A DNA stretch of 32,000 nucleotides from Pseudomonas aeruginosa (GCF_001457615.1 NZ_LN831024.1:6284980-6316979), one strand, 5' to 3'; numbered from the stretch's first letter, positions 8,966 to 26,312 are shown. Made by a program: numbers and translations. Notes: a model not told the origin generated them from the sequence alone.

Positions 8966-10171
8966 ATGAACCAGAAAATTTCCCCGCCTCCACAGAAGCT
9001 CGACGGCCTGTTCCTGCTGGCCCTGTCGATGGCCGTGTTCTTCGTCGGCGTGACCGAGTTCATGCTGTCCTCCATGCTCGGGCCGCTGGCGCAGGCGTTC
9101 CACACCACTACCAGCGGCGCCGCCTGGCTGATCTCCAGCTACGCGTTCTCCTATGCGATCGCCGCGCCGTTGCTGGGCTACTTCTCCGACCGCATGCAAC
9201 GCAGGAAGCTGCTGCTGCTCGCCCTGATCCTCTTCGCCGTCGATACCCTGGCCATCGTCATCGCCCCGACCCTGGAAATTGCCGTTGTCCTGCGGGTAAT
9301 CGGGGGCATCGCCTCGGCAATCATCATTCCGACCACCTTCGCCCTGGTCGCGGAGGTGGTCGCCCCGCAAAGACAGGCCGGTGCCATGGGCCAGGTGATG
9401 CTCGGCATGACCCTCGGCATTGCCGCCGGCCCGGCACTGGCCGGCCTCCTCTCGGACTTCTTCGGCTGGGCGACGCCCTTCCTGATGGTCTCGTGCGGTT
9501 GCGTGCTGGTCTTCCTGATGGCGCGCCAGCGCCTTCCCGTGCAAGCCGTGGCACCGCGCGCCGAGGGCCACGCGCTGGGCTGGTGCAGGCAATGGAGCAT
9601 CCTCAGGCCACTGATCGCCAAGGGGGCCTGGAACGGCACCGGGGTCGCCGGCCTGCTTCTCTCGGGAGAGGTGCTGCGCCAGCGCTACGGCTTCAGCACC
9701 GCGCAGATAGGCGTCAGCATCGCCGCCTTCGGCGTGGGCCTGGCCGTGGGCAACCTCGCCGCGGGTTACCTGCGGCGCTACCTGAAGCGCGACGAAGACA
9801 TGCTCCTGCTGGTGCTGGCGCTCCTGGTGCTATCGATGTCGACCTTCATGCTCCTGCCGCTACCGTTGCCCGTGGCGCTCTTCTGCCTGGGCGCCTGGGG
9901 CACCGCGCTGGGCCTGGGCGCGCCGGCGGGCACGGTGGTACTCGCCTCGCGCTCCGGGCCGGACAAGGGCATGGTGCTGTCGTTCGCCGAGACGTTCAAC
10001 AACATCGCCATTCTCGCCAGCGTGCCCCTGGCTGTGCGACTGCTGGAGCTGAAGGGGCCGCCCGCCACCCTGTGGGTATTGGGCATCGGCCTGGGCATCG
10101 GCGCCTGGTTCACCGTGCTGGACTGGTTCGCCAGCCGCAGGAGCGACGAAGCGCTGCCGTTGCGCGATTGA
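8966..10171 (+). CDS. MFS transporter, drug/H+ antiporter-like (DHA1 type)
   Basis: 401 aa, about 12 TM; LISSYAFSYAIAAPLLGYFSDRMQRRKLLL motif A, MLGMTLGIAAGPALAGLLSDFFGW. Confidence 0.9.
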   Translation: MNQKISPPPQKLDGLFLLALSMAVFFVGVTEFMLSSMLGPLAQAFHTTTSGAAWLISSYAFSYAIAAPLLGYFSDRMQRRKLLLLALILFAVDTLAIVIAPTLEIAVVLRVIGGIASAIIIPTTFALVAEVVAPQRQAGAMGQVMLGMTLGIAAGPALAGLLSDFFGWATPFLMVSCGCVLVFLMARQRLPVQAVAPRAEGHALGWCRQWSILRPLIAKGAWNGTGVAGLLLSGEVLRQRYGFSTAQIGVSIAAFGVGLAVGNLAAGYLRRYLKRDEDMLLLVLALLVLSMSTFMLLPLPLPVALFCLGAWGTALGLGAPAGTVVLASRSGPDKGMVLSFAETFNNIAILASVPLAVRLLELKGPPATLWVLGIGLGIGAWFTVLDWFASRRSDEALPLRD

Positions 10172-10179
10172 CGGCGAGC

Positions 10180-10204
10180 GCCGGGGCCGCATGCCTGCCC
10201 CGGC
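10180..10204. terminator. Putative bidirectional hairpin GCCGGGGC-cgcatgcct-GCCCCGGC between the convergent MFS gene and glmS
   Basis: Perfect 8-bp GC-rich inverted repeat in the short convergent intergenic gap; no long T tract. Confidence 0.4.
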
Positions 10205-10225
10205 TTCTCGGGCACGCGGCCGGCG

Positions 10226-12061
<1,836 letters not shown>

Positions 12062-12076
12062 GGGGTCTTTCTCCTT

Positions 12077-12850
12077 TCAGGCCTCGACCGGGGTGCAGAT
12101 CAGCGTGACGCCCCGGGCGGTTATCTGTTCGCGCGCGGAAGGTTCCAGGCGCTCGTCGGTAATCAGGGTATGGATGCTGCTCCAGGGCAATTCCTGGTTG
12201 GGAATGCGCCGACCGACCTTGTCGGCCTCGGCCATGACGATCACCTCGCGGGCGACCTCGGCCATCACCCGGCTCAGGCCCAGCAATTCGTTGAACGTGG
12301 TCGTCCCGCGTTCGAGATCGATGCCGTCGGCACCGATGAATAGTTGGTCGAAGTCATAGGAACGCAGCACCTGCTCGGCAACCTGCCCCTGGAACGACTC
12401 GGAATGCGGATCCCAGGTCCCCCCGGTCATCAGCAGCACCGGCTCGTGCTCCAGTTCGCGCAGGGCGTTGACCACGTTCAGCGAGTTGGTCATCACCACC
12501 AGGCCCGGCTTGTGCCCGAGTTCGGGGATCATCGCCGCGGTGGTGCTGCCACTGTCGATGATGATCCGCGCATGCTCGCGGATGCGCGCCGCGGCGGCGC
12601 GACCGATAGCCTGCTTGTAGGGCGAGACGGGCTGCGCAGCTTCACCGATCAGTTCCTGCGGCATCGGCACCGCACCGCCGTAGCGACGCAACAGCAGGCC
12701 GTGGCTTTCCATGGCGGCGAGGTCCTTGCGGATGGTCACTTCCGAGGTGGAAAAGCGCTTGGCGAGTGCGTCCACGCTGACCTCGCCCTGCTCGGAAAGC
12801 AGCGCGAGGATGGCATGGCGACGTTGCGGCGTATTACGTTTCGAGATCAC
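12077..12850 (-). CDS. glmR: DeoR family transcriptional regulator adjacent to glmS (GlmR)
   Basis: 257 aa; MISKRNTPQRRHAILALLSEQGEVSVDALAKRFSTSEVTIRKDL DeoR HTH; DSGSTTAAMIP and GADGID sensor motifs. GTG start as given in the ORF track. Confidence 0.9.
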   Translation of the reverse strand: MISKRNTPQRRHAILALLSEQGEVSVDALAKRFSTSEVTIRKDLAAMESHGLLLRRYGGAVPMPQELIGEAAQPVSPYKQAIGRAAAARIREHARIIIDSGSTTAAMIPELGHKPGLVVMTNSLNVVNALRELEHEPVLLMTGGTWDPHSESFQGQVAEQVLRSYDFDQLFIGADGIDLERGTTTFNELLGLSRVMAEVAREVIVMAEADKVGRRIPNQELPWSSIHTLITDERLEPSAREQITARGVTLICTPVEA

Positions 12851-12851
12851 T

Positions 12852-12879
12852 TAAGTTTCGTTTCGAAAGAAAAGTGTGC
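12852..12879 (-). promoter_or_regulatory. Putative DeoR-family operator directly upstream of glmR
   Basis: CTTTCTTTCGAAACGAAACTTAAG on the minus strand: TTTCG-type repeats with the palindrome TTTCGAAA, resembling known DeoR-family recognition sequences. Confidence 0.4.
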
Positions 12880-12917
12880 GAATCAAAACTTATCCGGCGC
12901 TTCTCGTCAATGACTTT

Positions 12918-13427
12918 TCATCGGCTCGGCAGCACCGTATCGGGATCGAGATAGAACATCTTCTTCCAACCCTGGGTGCTGTCGTCGGCCAGCCAGGGAT
13001 AGGGCAGCAAGGTGATGATCGCGTAGTGCAGGTGGGCCGGCTTGCCGCGCGCGTTGCCGGTGGTGCCGACCGTACCCAGGCGGGAACCGGCAAGGACCGG
13101 CTGGCCCGGATAGGCGTCGAGGCTATCGAGATGGGCGTAGTAATGCAGGCGCCACTTGGGCGCCAGCACCAGGACGACCTTGCCGCCGAGGGCGATCTCC
13201 CCGCGATAGAGCACCAGGCCGTAGCTGGCGGAGCGTACGGGGGTGCCGCTGCGGGCGAAGATGTCGATGCCCTTGTGCACTCCGGAGCGCCCCCAGGGCT
13301 CGAACCAGAAGGTTCGCGGATTCCAGTCGCGGGCACTGGCGCCTTCGACGGGTATCCGCGGCCATTCGGGCAGCACCGCCCAGGCTATGAGCAGCCCCAG
13401 CACGATCCGTTTCGCAGGCTTCGGCAT
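12918..13427 (-). CDS. M23 family metallopeptidase (LytM/peptidoglycan endopeptidase-like), signal peptide-bearing
   Basis: GVHKGIDIFARSGTPVRSASYGLVLYRGEIALGGKVVLVLAPKWRLHYYAHLDSL: HxxxD and HxH Zn motif pattern; ATG at 13427 followed by PKPAKRIVLGLLIAWAV. Confidence 0.85.
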   Translation of the reverse strand: MPKPAKRIVLGLLIAWAVLPEWPRIPVEGASARDWNPRTFWFEPWGRSGVHKGIDIFARSGTPVRSASYGLVLYRGEIALGGKVVLVLAPKWRLHYYAHLDSLDAYPGQPVLAGSRLGTVGTTGNARGKPAHLHYAIITLLPYPWLADDSTQGWKKMFYLDPDTVLPSR

Positions 13428-13440
13428 CCGTGCCGCTCCG

Positions 13441-14805
13441 TTACTTCTTGATTTTTTCCGGGCGCTTCCAGTTTTCCAGGTTCTTCTGCCGGGCGCGGCC
13501 GAAGGCCAGGTTCTTCGCCGGAACCTCATGGGTGATGGTGGAGCCGGCCGCGGTCGTCGCGCCATCGCCGATCTTCAGCGGCGCCACCAGCGAGTTGTTC
13601 GAGCCGATGAACACATCGTCGCCCAGCTCGGTGCGGAACTTGTTCGCGCCATCGTAGTTGCAGGTGATGGTGCCGGCGCCGATGTTGCAGTTGGCGCCCA
13701 GCTCGGCATCGCCCAGGTAGCTCAGGTGGCCGGCCTTGCTGCCCTCGCCCAGGCGGGCATTCTTCAGTTCGACGAAGTTGCCGACATGGGCCCGAGCGCC
13801 GAGCACGCTGCCCGGACGCAGGCGGGCAAACGGACCGGCATCGCTACCCTCGCCCAGCTCCGCGCCTTCCAGGTGGCTGTTGGCCTTGATCACCGCGCCA
13901 CGCCGCAGGACGCTGTCGCGAATCACGCAGTTCGGTCCGATGCGCACGTCGTCCTCGATCACCACGCGGCCTTCCAGCACCACATTGACGTCGATCAGCA
14001 CGTCGCGGCCGACCGAGATTTCGCCACGGACATCCAGGCGCTGCGGATCGAGCAGGGTCACGCCCTGGCGCATCAGCTCCTCTGCGCGCATGCGCTGGTA
14101 GTGACGCTCCAGCTGGGCCTGTTGCATGCGGTCATTGACGCCCTGCACTTCCATCGCGTCCAGCGGTTGGGCGCTGGCCACCACCAGGCCGTCGCCGACC
14201 GCCATGGCGATCACGTCGGTCAGGTAGTACTCGCCCTGGGCGTTGTCGTTGGACAGGCGGCCGAGCCAGTCGGCAAGGCGCTTGCCCGGCACCGCGAGGA
14301 TGCCGGTGTTGATCTCGCCGATCTGGCGCTGCGCCGGGGTCGCGTCCTTGTGCTCGACGATGGCCTGCACCGCGCCCTGGTCGTCACGGACGATGCGGCC
14401 GTAGCCGGTGGGGTCGAGCATGTCGACGGTGAGCAACGACAACTGGTCCGGGGTGACTTGCGCCAGCAGGCGCTGCAAGGTGTCCAGCTGGATCAGCGGC
14501 ACGTCGCCGTAGAGGATCAGCACCTGGTCTGCACTGAGGAACGGCAGGGCCTGGGCCACCGCATGGCCCGTACCGAGCTGTTCGGCCTGGAGCACGAAAT
14601 TCAGGTCGTCGGCGGCCATCCGCTCACGCACCAGATCCGCGCCGTGGCCGATCACCACGTGGATCCGTTCCGGCTGCAACTGGCGCGCGCAGTCGATGAC
14701 GTGGCCGAGCATCGGCTTGCCGGCAATGGGATGGAGGACCTTGGGCAGGGCCGAACGCATGCGGGTGCCCTGGCCGGCGGCGAGAATCACGATTTCAAGG
14801 GACAT
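13441..14805 (-). CDS. glmU: Bifunctional UDP-N-acetylglucosamine pyrophosphorylase / glucosamine-1-phosphate N-acetyltransferase
   Basis: 454 aa; [36 protein letters not shown] nucleotidyltransferase signature; C-terminal left-handed beta-helix. Confidence 0.98.
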   Translation of the reverse strand: MSLEIVILAAGQGTRMRSALPKVLHPIAGKPMLGHVIDCARQLQPERIHVVIGHGADLVRERMAADDLNFVLQAEQLGTGHAVAQALPFLSADQVLILYGDVPLIQLDTLQRLLAQVTPDQLSLLTVDMLDPTGYGRIVRDDQGAVQAIVEHKDATPAQRQIGEINTGILAVPGKRLADWLGRLSNDNAQGEYYLTDVIAMAVGDGLVVASAQPLDAMEVQGVNDRMQQAQLERHYQRMRAEELMRQGVTLLDPQRLDVRGEISVGRDVLIDVNVVLEGRVVIEDDVRIGPNCVIRDSVLRRGAVIKANSHLEGAELGEGSDAGPFARLRPGSVLGARAHVGNFVELKNARLGEGSKAGHLSYLGDAELGANCNIGAGTITCNYDGANKFRTELGDDVFIGSNNSLVAPLKIGDGATTAAGSTITHEVPAKNLAFGRARQKNLENWKRPEKIKK

Positions 14806-14830
14806 GGACTGAACTACCGTTCCTGGTGGT

Positions 14831-14847
14831 CACAGGCAAAACCTGTG
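14831..14847. other. Small hairpin CACAGG-caaaa-CCTGTG between atpC and glmU
   Basis: Perfect 6-bp inverted repeat. Confidence 0.35.
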
Positions 14848-14864
14848 AGTGAAGATGCAAAACG

Positions 14865-14894
14865 AAAAAAGGGTAGCCCACAGGCTACCCTTTT
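14865..14894. terminator. Rho-independent terminator at the end of the atp operon (AAAAAAGGGTAGCC-caca-GGCTACCCTTTT)
   Basis: 8-bp perfect GC-rich stem flanked by an A tract on one side and a T tract on the other (works for minus-strand transcription from atpC), 30 nt past the atpC stop. Confidence 0.9.
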
Positions 14895-14925
14895 CCCTGA
14901 CACCGCTAGAAGTACCGGCTGGAAA

Positions 14926-15351
14926 TCAGCCGCCGAACTTCTTGCGCAGTTGCTGGACGGTGCGCAGCTGGGCTGCGGCTTCGGCCAGACGCGCGGCAGC
15001 GGCGCTGTAGTCGAACTCGGCGCCCTTGCCCTGCAGCGCCTTTTCGGCAGCCTTCAGGGCTTCCTGGGCGGCCGCTTCGTCGAGGTCGCCGGCACGAACC
15101 ACGGTGTCGGCGAGGACCTTGACCATGTTCGGCTGGACTTCGAGGAAACCGCCGGAGATGTAGTACACCTCCTGCTCGCCGCCCTGCTTGACCAGGCGGA
15201 TGGGGCCCGGTTTCAGGTCGGTGATCAGCGGCGCGTGGCCCGGGGCGATACCCAGGTCACCCAGAGCGCCGTGCGCGATAACCATCTCGACCAGGCCGGA
15301 GAAGATCTCCGCCTCGGCGCTGACGATGTCGCAATGGACTGTTATGGCCAT
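14926..15351 (-). CDS. atpC: ATP synthase epsilon subunit
   Basis: 141 aa; [44 protein letters not shown]. Confidence 0.97.
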
Positions 15352-15392
15352 ACGCTTGCCTCACATGAGCGCCCGTCGCCGGGCGCACAGGA

Positions 15393-16799
<1,407 letters not shown>

Positions 16800-17660
16800 T
16801 TACACCGCGGCAGCGCCGCCGACGATTTCCGAGATTTCCTGGGTGATCGCCGCCTGACGCGCCTTGTTGTAGATCAGCTGCAAATCGCTGATCAGCTCGC
16901 CGGCGTTGTCGGTAGCGTTCTTCATTGCAATCATCCGGGCCGCCTGCTCACAGGCGTTGTTCTCAACCACGGCCTGGTACACCTGGGATTCCACGTAACG
17001 CACCAGCAGCCCGTCGAGGAGCGACTTGGCGTCGGGTTCGTAGAGATAGTCCCAGTGGTGCTTCAGCTCCTGATCGTCATCGGCCACCAGCGGAATCAGC
17101 TGTTCCACGGTCGGCTTCTGGGTCATGGTGTTGACGAACTTGTTGGAGACCACGAACAGGCGATCGATACGGCCTTCGAGGTATGCGTCGAGCATCACCT
17201 TGACACTGCCGATCAGGTCGTTGATCGAAGGCTCTTCGCCGAGGTGGCTGATAGCTGCCACGACGTTGCCGCCGAAACTGCGGAAGAACGAAGCGCCCTT
17301 GCTACCGATCACGCAAAGGTCGATTTCTGCCCCTTGCTCGCGGTAGCCGCTCATGTCCTTGACGAGGGACTTGAACAGGTTGATGTTCAGACCGCCGCAC
17401 AGACCACGGTCACTGCTCACCACGATGTAGCCGACGCGCTTGACTTCACGCTCGACCATGAACGGGTGACGGTATTCCGGGTTGGCGTTGGCCAGATGGC
17501 CGATCACCTGGCGAATACGCTCCGCGTAGGGACGGCCGGCCGCCATGCGCATTTGTGCCTTGCGCATCTTGCTCACCGCCACTTTTTCCATGGCATTGGT
17601 GATCTTTTGCGTGCTTTTGATGCTCGCAATCTTGCTGCGAATCTCTTTTGCGCCTGCCAT
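16800..17660 (-). CDS. atpG: ATP synthase gamma subunit
   Basis: 286 aa; [36 protein letters not shown] and C-terminal [19 protein letters not shown]. Confidence 0.99.
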
Positions 17661-17710
17661 TTGACACCTATCGGGTTAGCAGGCGGGAGCCTCGCGGCTC
17701 CCGCTGCGGC

Positions 17711-19255
<1,545 letters not shown>

Positions 19256-19273
19256 GCCGCTGCCCCTTCAAAC

Positions 19274-19810
19274 TCAAGATTTCAACGCTTCGGCCAGTTT
19301 CGCGAGCTTGCCGCGCACCGAGCCATCGATTACCAAGTCACCGGCGCGAATGATCACGCCGCCGATCAGGCTCGCGTCTTCCGACGCATGTAGCCGCACT
19401 TCGCGACTGAGCCGGGCGCTGAGAGCCTTGGCGAGTTTGTCCTGCTGTTCTTTGCTCAAGGTGAAGGCACTGGTGACTTCTACCTCGACCGACTTTTCCT
19501 GCTCGGCCTTCAACTGCTCGTACATCTCAGCGATGGTCGGCAGCAGTTCGAGCCGCTTGTTCTCAGCCACAGTCCGGACGAAGTTCTGGGCTGGTGCATT
19601 CAGCTTGTCGCCGCACACATCGATCAGGCTCTGGGCCTTGGCCGAAGAGGTCAGCTGAGGCTCTTTGAGCAGCTGGCGCACGGTGTCGTCCTGCGACACT
19701 GCGGCCAGCACACCCAGCGCAGCCGACCAATCGGCCAGTTGCTGATGAGCCTGGGCGTACTCGAAAGCCGCCTTTGCGTAGGGACGAGCCAACGTGGTCA
19801 GTTCTGCCAT
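19274..19810 (-). CDS. atpH: ATP synthase delta subunit
   Basis: 178 aa; [20 protein letters not shown]; C-terminal [29 protein letters not shown]. Confidence 0.98.
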
Positions 19811-19821
19811 AGCGCCCTCGC

Positions 19822-20292
19822 TTAGATCTCGGCTGCCAGTTTGGAAACCAGCTGCTCGTGCGCGTTTGCGTCGATCGAAGCACCCAGGATCTTCTCTGCG
19901 CCGGTGACGGCCAGGGCACCCACTTGGGCACGCAGGGCGTCCTTGACGCTGTTCAGTTCCTGTTCGATTTCCGCTTGGGCCTGGGCCTTCAGGCGTTCGC
20001 CTTCGGTACGGGCCTGGTCGCGGGCTTCATCGACGATCTGGTTAGCGCGTTTCTTCGCCTGTTCGACGATTTCGGCTGCCTGAGCCTTGGCTTCGCGCAG
20101 TTGCTGGCCCGCTTTCTCATGAGCCAGCTCCAGATCACGAGCCGCGCGGTTGGCAGCGTCCAGGCCGTCAGCGATCTTCTTCTGACGCTCTTGCAGAGCC
20201 GCGATGACCGGAGGCCACACGAACTTCATGCAGAACAGCACAAAGATGAAGAACGCAACGGACTGGCCAATCAGGGTTGCATTAATGTTCAC
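19822..20292 (-). CDS. atpF: ATP synthase F0 subunit B
   Basis: 156 aa; [44 protein letters not shown]. Confidence 0.98.
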
Positions 20293-20349
20293 GCCAACAC
20301 CTCGCTCGTTCGTTGTCCGTCAAACACTCAAATCGAATGATTCGAGTGA

Positions 20350-21923
<1,574 letters not shown>

Positions 21924-22018
21924 GCGGGACTCCATCGCGCTCTCAGTCTTCTGGTGTCGGCACTGCCAAATCAACGACTTGGCATAAAAAGTGCCCACAA
22001 AATAGCGCGCAGAGTATA

Positions 22019-22031
22019 GGGGGGGAGTCCC
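22019..22031. terminator. Putative hairpin GGGGGG(g)agtCCCCCC between parB and atpI
   Basis: GC-only inverted repeat located between the parB stop (minus strand) and the atpI start; consistent with termination of the parAB transcript. Confidence 0.5.
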
Positions 22032-22086
22032 CCCTGTTCAACTGGCTGGTAGTGATTTCCGACTACCCGCTACAACCCAAAGTGTG

Positions 22087-22959
22087 TCAACGGATGTGGG
22101 CGAGAACGCCCTGCAGTTCATCCAGGGAGCTGTAGCGGATGACCAACTGTCCCTTGCCCTTCTGACCATGCCGGATCTGCACCGAAGCGCCCAGGCGCTC
22201 GGCCAGGCGCTGTTCCAGGCGGGCGATGTCCGGGTCGCTCTTGACCGGTCCCGCAGGCTTGCCCGGGGCATGCGTCCACTGCCGAACCAGGGCTTCGGTC
22301 TGACGTACGGTCAGCCCATGTGCGACAACATGTCGCGCCCCTTCCACCTGCCGTTCTGCCGGCAGACCGAGGAGCGCACGGGCATGGCCCATCTCCAGGT
22401 CGCCATGGGAAAGCAGGGTCTTGATCTCTTCCGGCAGGCCGATCAGGCGCAGCAGGTTGGTAATGGTCGCGCGCGACTTGCCGACCGCTTCCGCGACCTG
22501 CTGCTGGGTCAGCTGGAACTCCTGCTGCAAGCGCTGCAGGGCAGCGGCTTCCTCGATCGGGTTAAGGTCCTCGCGCTGGATGTTCTCGATCAGCGCCATG
22601 GCGATGGCCGCTTCGTCCGGCACGTCGCGCACCAGCGCCGGGATCTTTTCCAGTCCGGCCTGCTGGCTGGCCCGCCAGCGCCGCTCGCCGGCGATGATCT
22701 CGTAGCGGCCATTGGCGATCGGCCGCACCACGATGGGCTGCATCACGCCCTGGGCCTTGATCGACTGCGCCAGTTCCTCCAGCGCCTGAGGGTCCATGTC
22801 GCGACGCGGCTGGTACTTGCCGCGCTGCATCAGGTCGAGGGGGATCTGCTGCAACTCGCGGCGGTCGGCCTGTACGGCTTCCTCCTGCAGTTTGGCGGGA
22901 CTCGAGCCGCCCAGCAGGGCATCGAGCCCGCGTCCCAGTCCACGTTTCTTGGCTGCCAT
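22087..22959 (-). CDS. parB: Chromosome-partitioning protein ParB (Spo0J), CTPase/parS-binding
   Basis: 290 aa; LGRGLDALLG, GERRWRASQQAGLEKIPALVRD, ALIENIQREDLNPIEEA, HTH EVAEAVGKSRATITNLLRLI. Confidence 0.98.
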   Translation of the reverse strand: MAAKKRGLGRGLDALLGGSSPAKLQEEAVQADRRELQQIPLDLMQRGKYQPRRDMDPQALEELAQSIKAQGVMQPIVVRPIANGRYEIIAGERRWRASQQAGLEKIPALVRDVPDEAAIAMALIENIQREDLNPIEEAAALQRLQQEFQLTQQQVAEAVGKSRATITNLLRLIGLPEEIKTLLSHGDLEMGHARALLGLPAERQVEGARHVVAHGLTVRQTEALVRQWTHAPGKPAGPVKSDPDIARLEQRLAERLGASVQIRHGQKGKGQLVIRYSSLDELQGVLAHIR

Positions 22960-22968
22960 GCGGGTTCC

Positions 22969-23757
22969 TTATGCGGTTGCGGCGCGGCCTTGGGCGCGCT
23001 GGCGGCGGACCAGCTCGCCGGCCAGCGCCAGGTAGGCGATGGCGCCGCGGGATTGCTTGTCGTAAACCAGCGCCGGCATGCCGAAGCTGGGGGCTTCGGC
23101 GAGGCGCACGTTACGCGGGATGACGGTGCTGTAGAGGGTGTCGCCGAAATGCTCCTGCAACTGCGCGGAGACATCATTGGTCAGGCTGATGCGCGGATCG
23201 TACATGGTCCGCAACAGACCCTCGATCTTCAGCGTCGGGTTGAGCAACTGGCCGATGCGCTGGATGCTGTTCATCAGGTCGGTCAGCCCCTCCAGCGCGT
23301 AGTACTCACACTGCATGGGGATGATCACGCCGTCGGCGGCGGTCAGCGCGTTGACGGTGAGCATCGACAGCGACGGCGGGCAGTCGATGAGGATGTAGTC
23401 GTAGTTCTCGCGGATCGGCGCCAGCGCGTTGCGCAGGCGATTTTCCTTCATGTCCATTTCCAGCAGCACCACTTCCGCGGCGGTCAGGTCGCGGTTGGCC
23501 GGCAGCAACTGGTAGCCGCCGTGTTCGGAGAACTGCATGGCCTCGGCGAGGTTGCACTCGCCGGTGAGCACGTCGTAGATGGAGTGCTCCAGGTTGTGCT
23601 TGTCGATGCCGCTGCCGGTGGTGGCGTTGCCCTGGGGATCCAGGTCCAGCAGGAGGACGCGGCGCTTGGTCGCCACGAGGGAGGCCGCGAGGTTGATACA
23701 GGTCGTGGTCTTGCCGACACCGCCTTTCTGGTTGGCGATCGCGAATACCTTAGCCAT
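22969..23757 (-). CDS. parA: Chromosome-partitioning ATPase ParA (Soj)
   Basis: 262 aa; MAKVFAIANQKGGVGKTTTCINLAASL deviant Walker A; LLLDLDPQGNATTG. Confidence 0.98.
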   Translation of the reverse strand: MAKVFAIANQKGGVGKTTTCINLAASLVATKRRVLLLDLDPQGNATTGSGIDKHNLEHSIYDVLTGECNLAEAMQFSEHGGYQLLPANRDLTAAEVVLLEMDMKENRLRNALAPIRENYDYILIDCPPSLSMLTVNALTAADGVIIPMQCEYYALEGLTDLMNSIQRIGQLLNPTLKIEGLLRTMYDPRISLTNDVSAQLQEHFGDTLYSTVIPRNVRLAEAPSFGMPALVYDKQSRGAIAYLALAGELVRRQRAQGRAATA

Positions 23758-23775
23758 GGTTATCCCTGTTCCCCC

Positions 23776-24420
23776 TCATGCTGTGCGCCGCAGTATCAGC
23801 AGATGCCGCTGACCTTGGCAACCGGGTACCGCCAGCGCGTGCTCGGCTTCGACCCGGAAATCCTCCGGGAGTGCCGCCAGCTCTTCGTTCGGATGCACGC
23901 CCTTCATCGCCAGCCAGCGGGTTTCCTGGCCACCGAGGTGGCGGGTCCAGTTGGCGAAGTCCTCCAGGCTGCTGAAAGCGCGGGAAACGATGCCATCGAA
24001 GGGGCTCTCGGGACGGAAGGCTTCCACCCGGCTGTGCACGACTTCGAGGTTGGCCAGCTTCAGCTCGAGCTTCACCTGGGTCAGGAAGCGGGTCTTCTTG
24101 CCGTTGCTGTCGAGCAGGGTCAGGCGCTTTTCCGGGAACAGGATGGCCAGCGGCACGCCGGGCATGCCGCCGCCGCTGCCGACATCCAGCCAGTTATCCC
24201 CAGCCTCGGCATAAGGCACGATGCTCAGGCTGTCGAGCAGGTGGCGCGAAACCATCTCGTCCGGGTCGCGTACGGCGGTCAGGTTGTAGGCCTTGTTCCA
24301 TTTGATCAGCAGGGCCAGGTAGGCCAGCAGCTGGCGTTGCTTGTCGGCGTCGAGGGCGACGCCTAGCTCGTCAGCACCGCGCGCGAGTTCGTCGGCGTGG
24401 TGTTGGGTTACCGCAGACAT
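23776..24420 (-). CDS. rsmG: 16S rRNA (guanine527-N7)-methyltransferase RsmG (GidB)
   Basis: 214 aa from the ATG at 24420; [40 protein letters not shown]. Start overlaps the mnmG stop by 1 nt. Confidence 0.97.
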   Translation of the reverse strand: MSAVTQHHADELARGADELGVALDADKQRQLLAYLALLIKWNKAYNLTAVRDPDEMVSRHLLDSLSIVPYAEAGDNWLDVGSGGGMPGVPLAILFPEKRLTLLDSNGKKTRFLTQVKLELKLANLEVVHSRVEAFRPESPFDGIVSRAFSSLEDFANWTRHLGGQETRWLAMKGVHPNEELAALPEDFRVEAEHALAVPGCQGQRHLLILRRTA

Positions 24421-26312
24421 CAAGCGCTCTGCTCCAGTTGGCGGCCAGAGGCACGCTTCTTCAGGTGGATCAACAACAGCGAAATCGCAGCCGGCGTGAC
24501 GCCGGGGATCCGCGAAGCCTGTCCGAGGGTTTCCGGACGGGCCTGGTTCAGCTTGTTCTGGATTTCCTTCGACAGGCCGGAAATCCCCAGGTAATCGATA
24601 TCCACAGGCAGGCGGGTATCTTCGCTGGCGCGCAGACGGGAGATTTCCTCCTGCTGGCGGTCGATGTAGCCGGCGTACTTGGTGCGAATCTCCACCTGCT
24701 CGGCCACCTGGGGGTTATCCACAGCGTTGCCGGTGATCTCCACCAGGCCGGCGTAATCGATCTCGGGGCGGCTCAGCAGGTTGAGCAGATTGTATTCATG
24801 GGTCAGCGGCGTACCGAAGCGCTCGGCGATGGCGTCGCCCTGCGGGGTATTCGGCCGCACCCAGGTGCTCTTCAGCCGCTGTTCCTCGCGTTCGATACCT
24901 TCGCGCTTGGCTTCGAAGGCAGCCCAGCGCCGATCGTCGACAAGGCCCAGCTCGCGTCCCTTCTCGGTGAGACGCAGGTCGGCGTTGTCCTCGCGGAGGA
25001 TCAGGCGGTATTCCGCCCGCGAGGTGAACATGCGGTACGGCTCCTGGGTGCCGAGCGTGATCAGGTCGTCCACCAGCACGCCGATGTAGGCCTCGTCGCG
25101 GCGCGGGCACCAGCTGTCCTTGCCTTGCGAACGCAACGCAGCATTGGCGCCGGCCAGCAGGCCCTGGGCGCCAGCTTCCTCGTAGCCGGTGGTGCCGTTG
25201 ATCTGGCCGGCGAAGAACAGGCCGCCGATGACCTTGGTCTCCAGGCTGTACCTGAGATCGCGGGGATCGAAGAAGTCGTACTCGATCGCATAGCCCGGCC
25301 GCACGATGTGGGCGTTTTCCATGCCACGGATGGAACGCACGATCTGCAGTTGCACGTCGAACGGCAGGGACGTGGAAATGCCGTTGGGATACAGCTCGTG
25401 GGTCGTCAGGCCTTCCGGCTCGAGGAAGACCTGGTGGCTTTCCTTGTCGGCGAAGCGATGGATCTTGTCTTCGATCGAAGGGCAGTAGCGCGGGCCGATG
25501 CCTTCGATCACACCGGAATACATCGGCGAACGATCGAGGTTGGCGGCGATGATCTCGTGGGTCCGGGCGTTGGTATGGGTGATCCAGCAACTGACCTGCT
25601 CGGGATGCTGTTCCTTCGAACCGAGGAAGGACATCACCGGGATCGGCGTGTCGCCCGGCTGCTCGGTCATCACCGAGAAGTCCACGCTGCGCCCGTCGAT
25701 CCGCGGCGGCGTACCGGTCTTCAGCCGGCCGACCCGCAGCGGCAATTCACGCAGACGCCGCGCCAGTGCGATGGACGGCGGGTCGCCGGCGCGTCCGCCT
25801 GAGTAGTTCTCCAGGCCGATGTGGATAAGTCCGCCGAGGAAGGTGCCGGTAGTCAGGACCACGTTGTCGGCATGGAAGCGCAGTCCCATCTGGGTCACTA
25901 CGCCGCGGACCTGATCCTGCTCGACGATCAGGTCGTCGCAGGCCTGCTGGAATATCCACAGGTTCGGCTGGTTTTCCAGTGTATGGCGGATAGCGGCCTT
26001 ATAGAGCACGCGATCGGCTTGTGCACGAGTGGCGCGCACTGCCGGCCCCTTGCGGCTGTTAAGGATGCGGAACTGGATACCGCCCTTGTCGGTGGCTTCG
26101 GCCATGGCGCCGCCAAGGGCGTCGATTTCCTTGACCAGATGGCTCTTGCCGATGCCGCCGATGGCGGGGTTGCAGCTCATCTGCCCCAGGGTTTCCACAT
26201 TGTGGGTCAACAGCAGGGTTTTCACACCCATGCGCGCAGCCGCGAGTGCGGCTTCGGTGCCTGCATGGCCACCGCCGATCACGATTACGTCAAAACGGGT
26301 AGGGAAATCCAC
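24420..26312 (-). CDS. mnmG: tRNA uridine-5-carboxymethylaminomethyl modification enzyme MnmG (GidA)
   Basis: [27 protein letters not shown]; [25 protein letters not shown]. Two adjacent GTG candidates (26315/26312). Confidence 0.97.
   Translation of the reverse strand: MDFPTRFDVIVIGGGHAGTEAALAAARMGVKTLLLTHNVETLGQMSCNPAIGGIGKSHLVKEIDALGGAMAEATDKGGIQFRILNSRKGPAVRATRAQADRVLYKAAIRHTLENQPNLWIFQQACDDLIVEQDQVRGVVTQMGLRFHADNVVLTTGTFLGGLIHIGLENYSGGRAGDPPSIALARRLRELPLRVGRLKTGTPPRIDGRSVDFSVMTEQPGDTPIPVMSFLGSKEQHPEQVSCWITHTNARTHEIIAANLDRSPMYSGVIEGIGPRYCPSIEDKIHRFADKESHQVFLEPEGLTTHELYPNGISTSLPFDVQLQIVRSIRGMENAHIVRPGYAIEYDFFDPRDLRYSLETKVIGGLFFAGQINGTTGYEEAGAQGLLAGANAALRSQGKDSWCPRRDEAYIGVLVDDLITLGTQEPYRMFTSRAEYRLILREDNADLRLTEKGRELGLVDDRRWAAFEAKREGIEREEQRLKSTWVRPNTPQGDAIAERFGTPLTHEYNLLNLLSRPEIDYAGLVEITGNAVDNPQVAEQVEIRTKYAGYIDRQQEEISRLRASEDTRLPVDIDYLGISGLSKEIQNKLNQARPETLGQASRIPGVTPAAISLLLIHLKKRASGRQLEQSA

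Noticed and set aside
12062-12076. glmS riboswitch/ribozyme upstream of glmS
   Set aside because: Only 15 nt separate glmR and glmS, far too short for the ribozyme, which is typical of Gram-positive bacteria.
24190-24198. TTATCCCCA as a further DnaA box
   Set aside because: Departs from the TTATNCACA consensus at a critical position; not counted.
22084-24366. 760-aa plus-strand ORF
   Set aside because: Antisense to parB, parA and rsmG, all of which are clearly coding on the minus strand.
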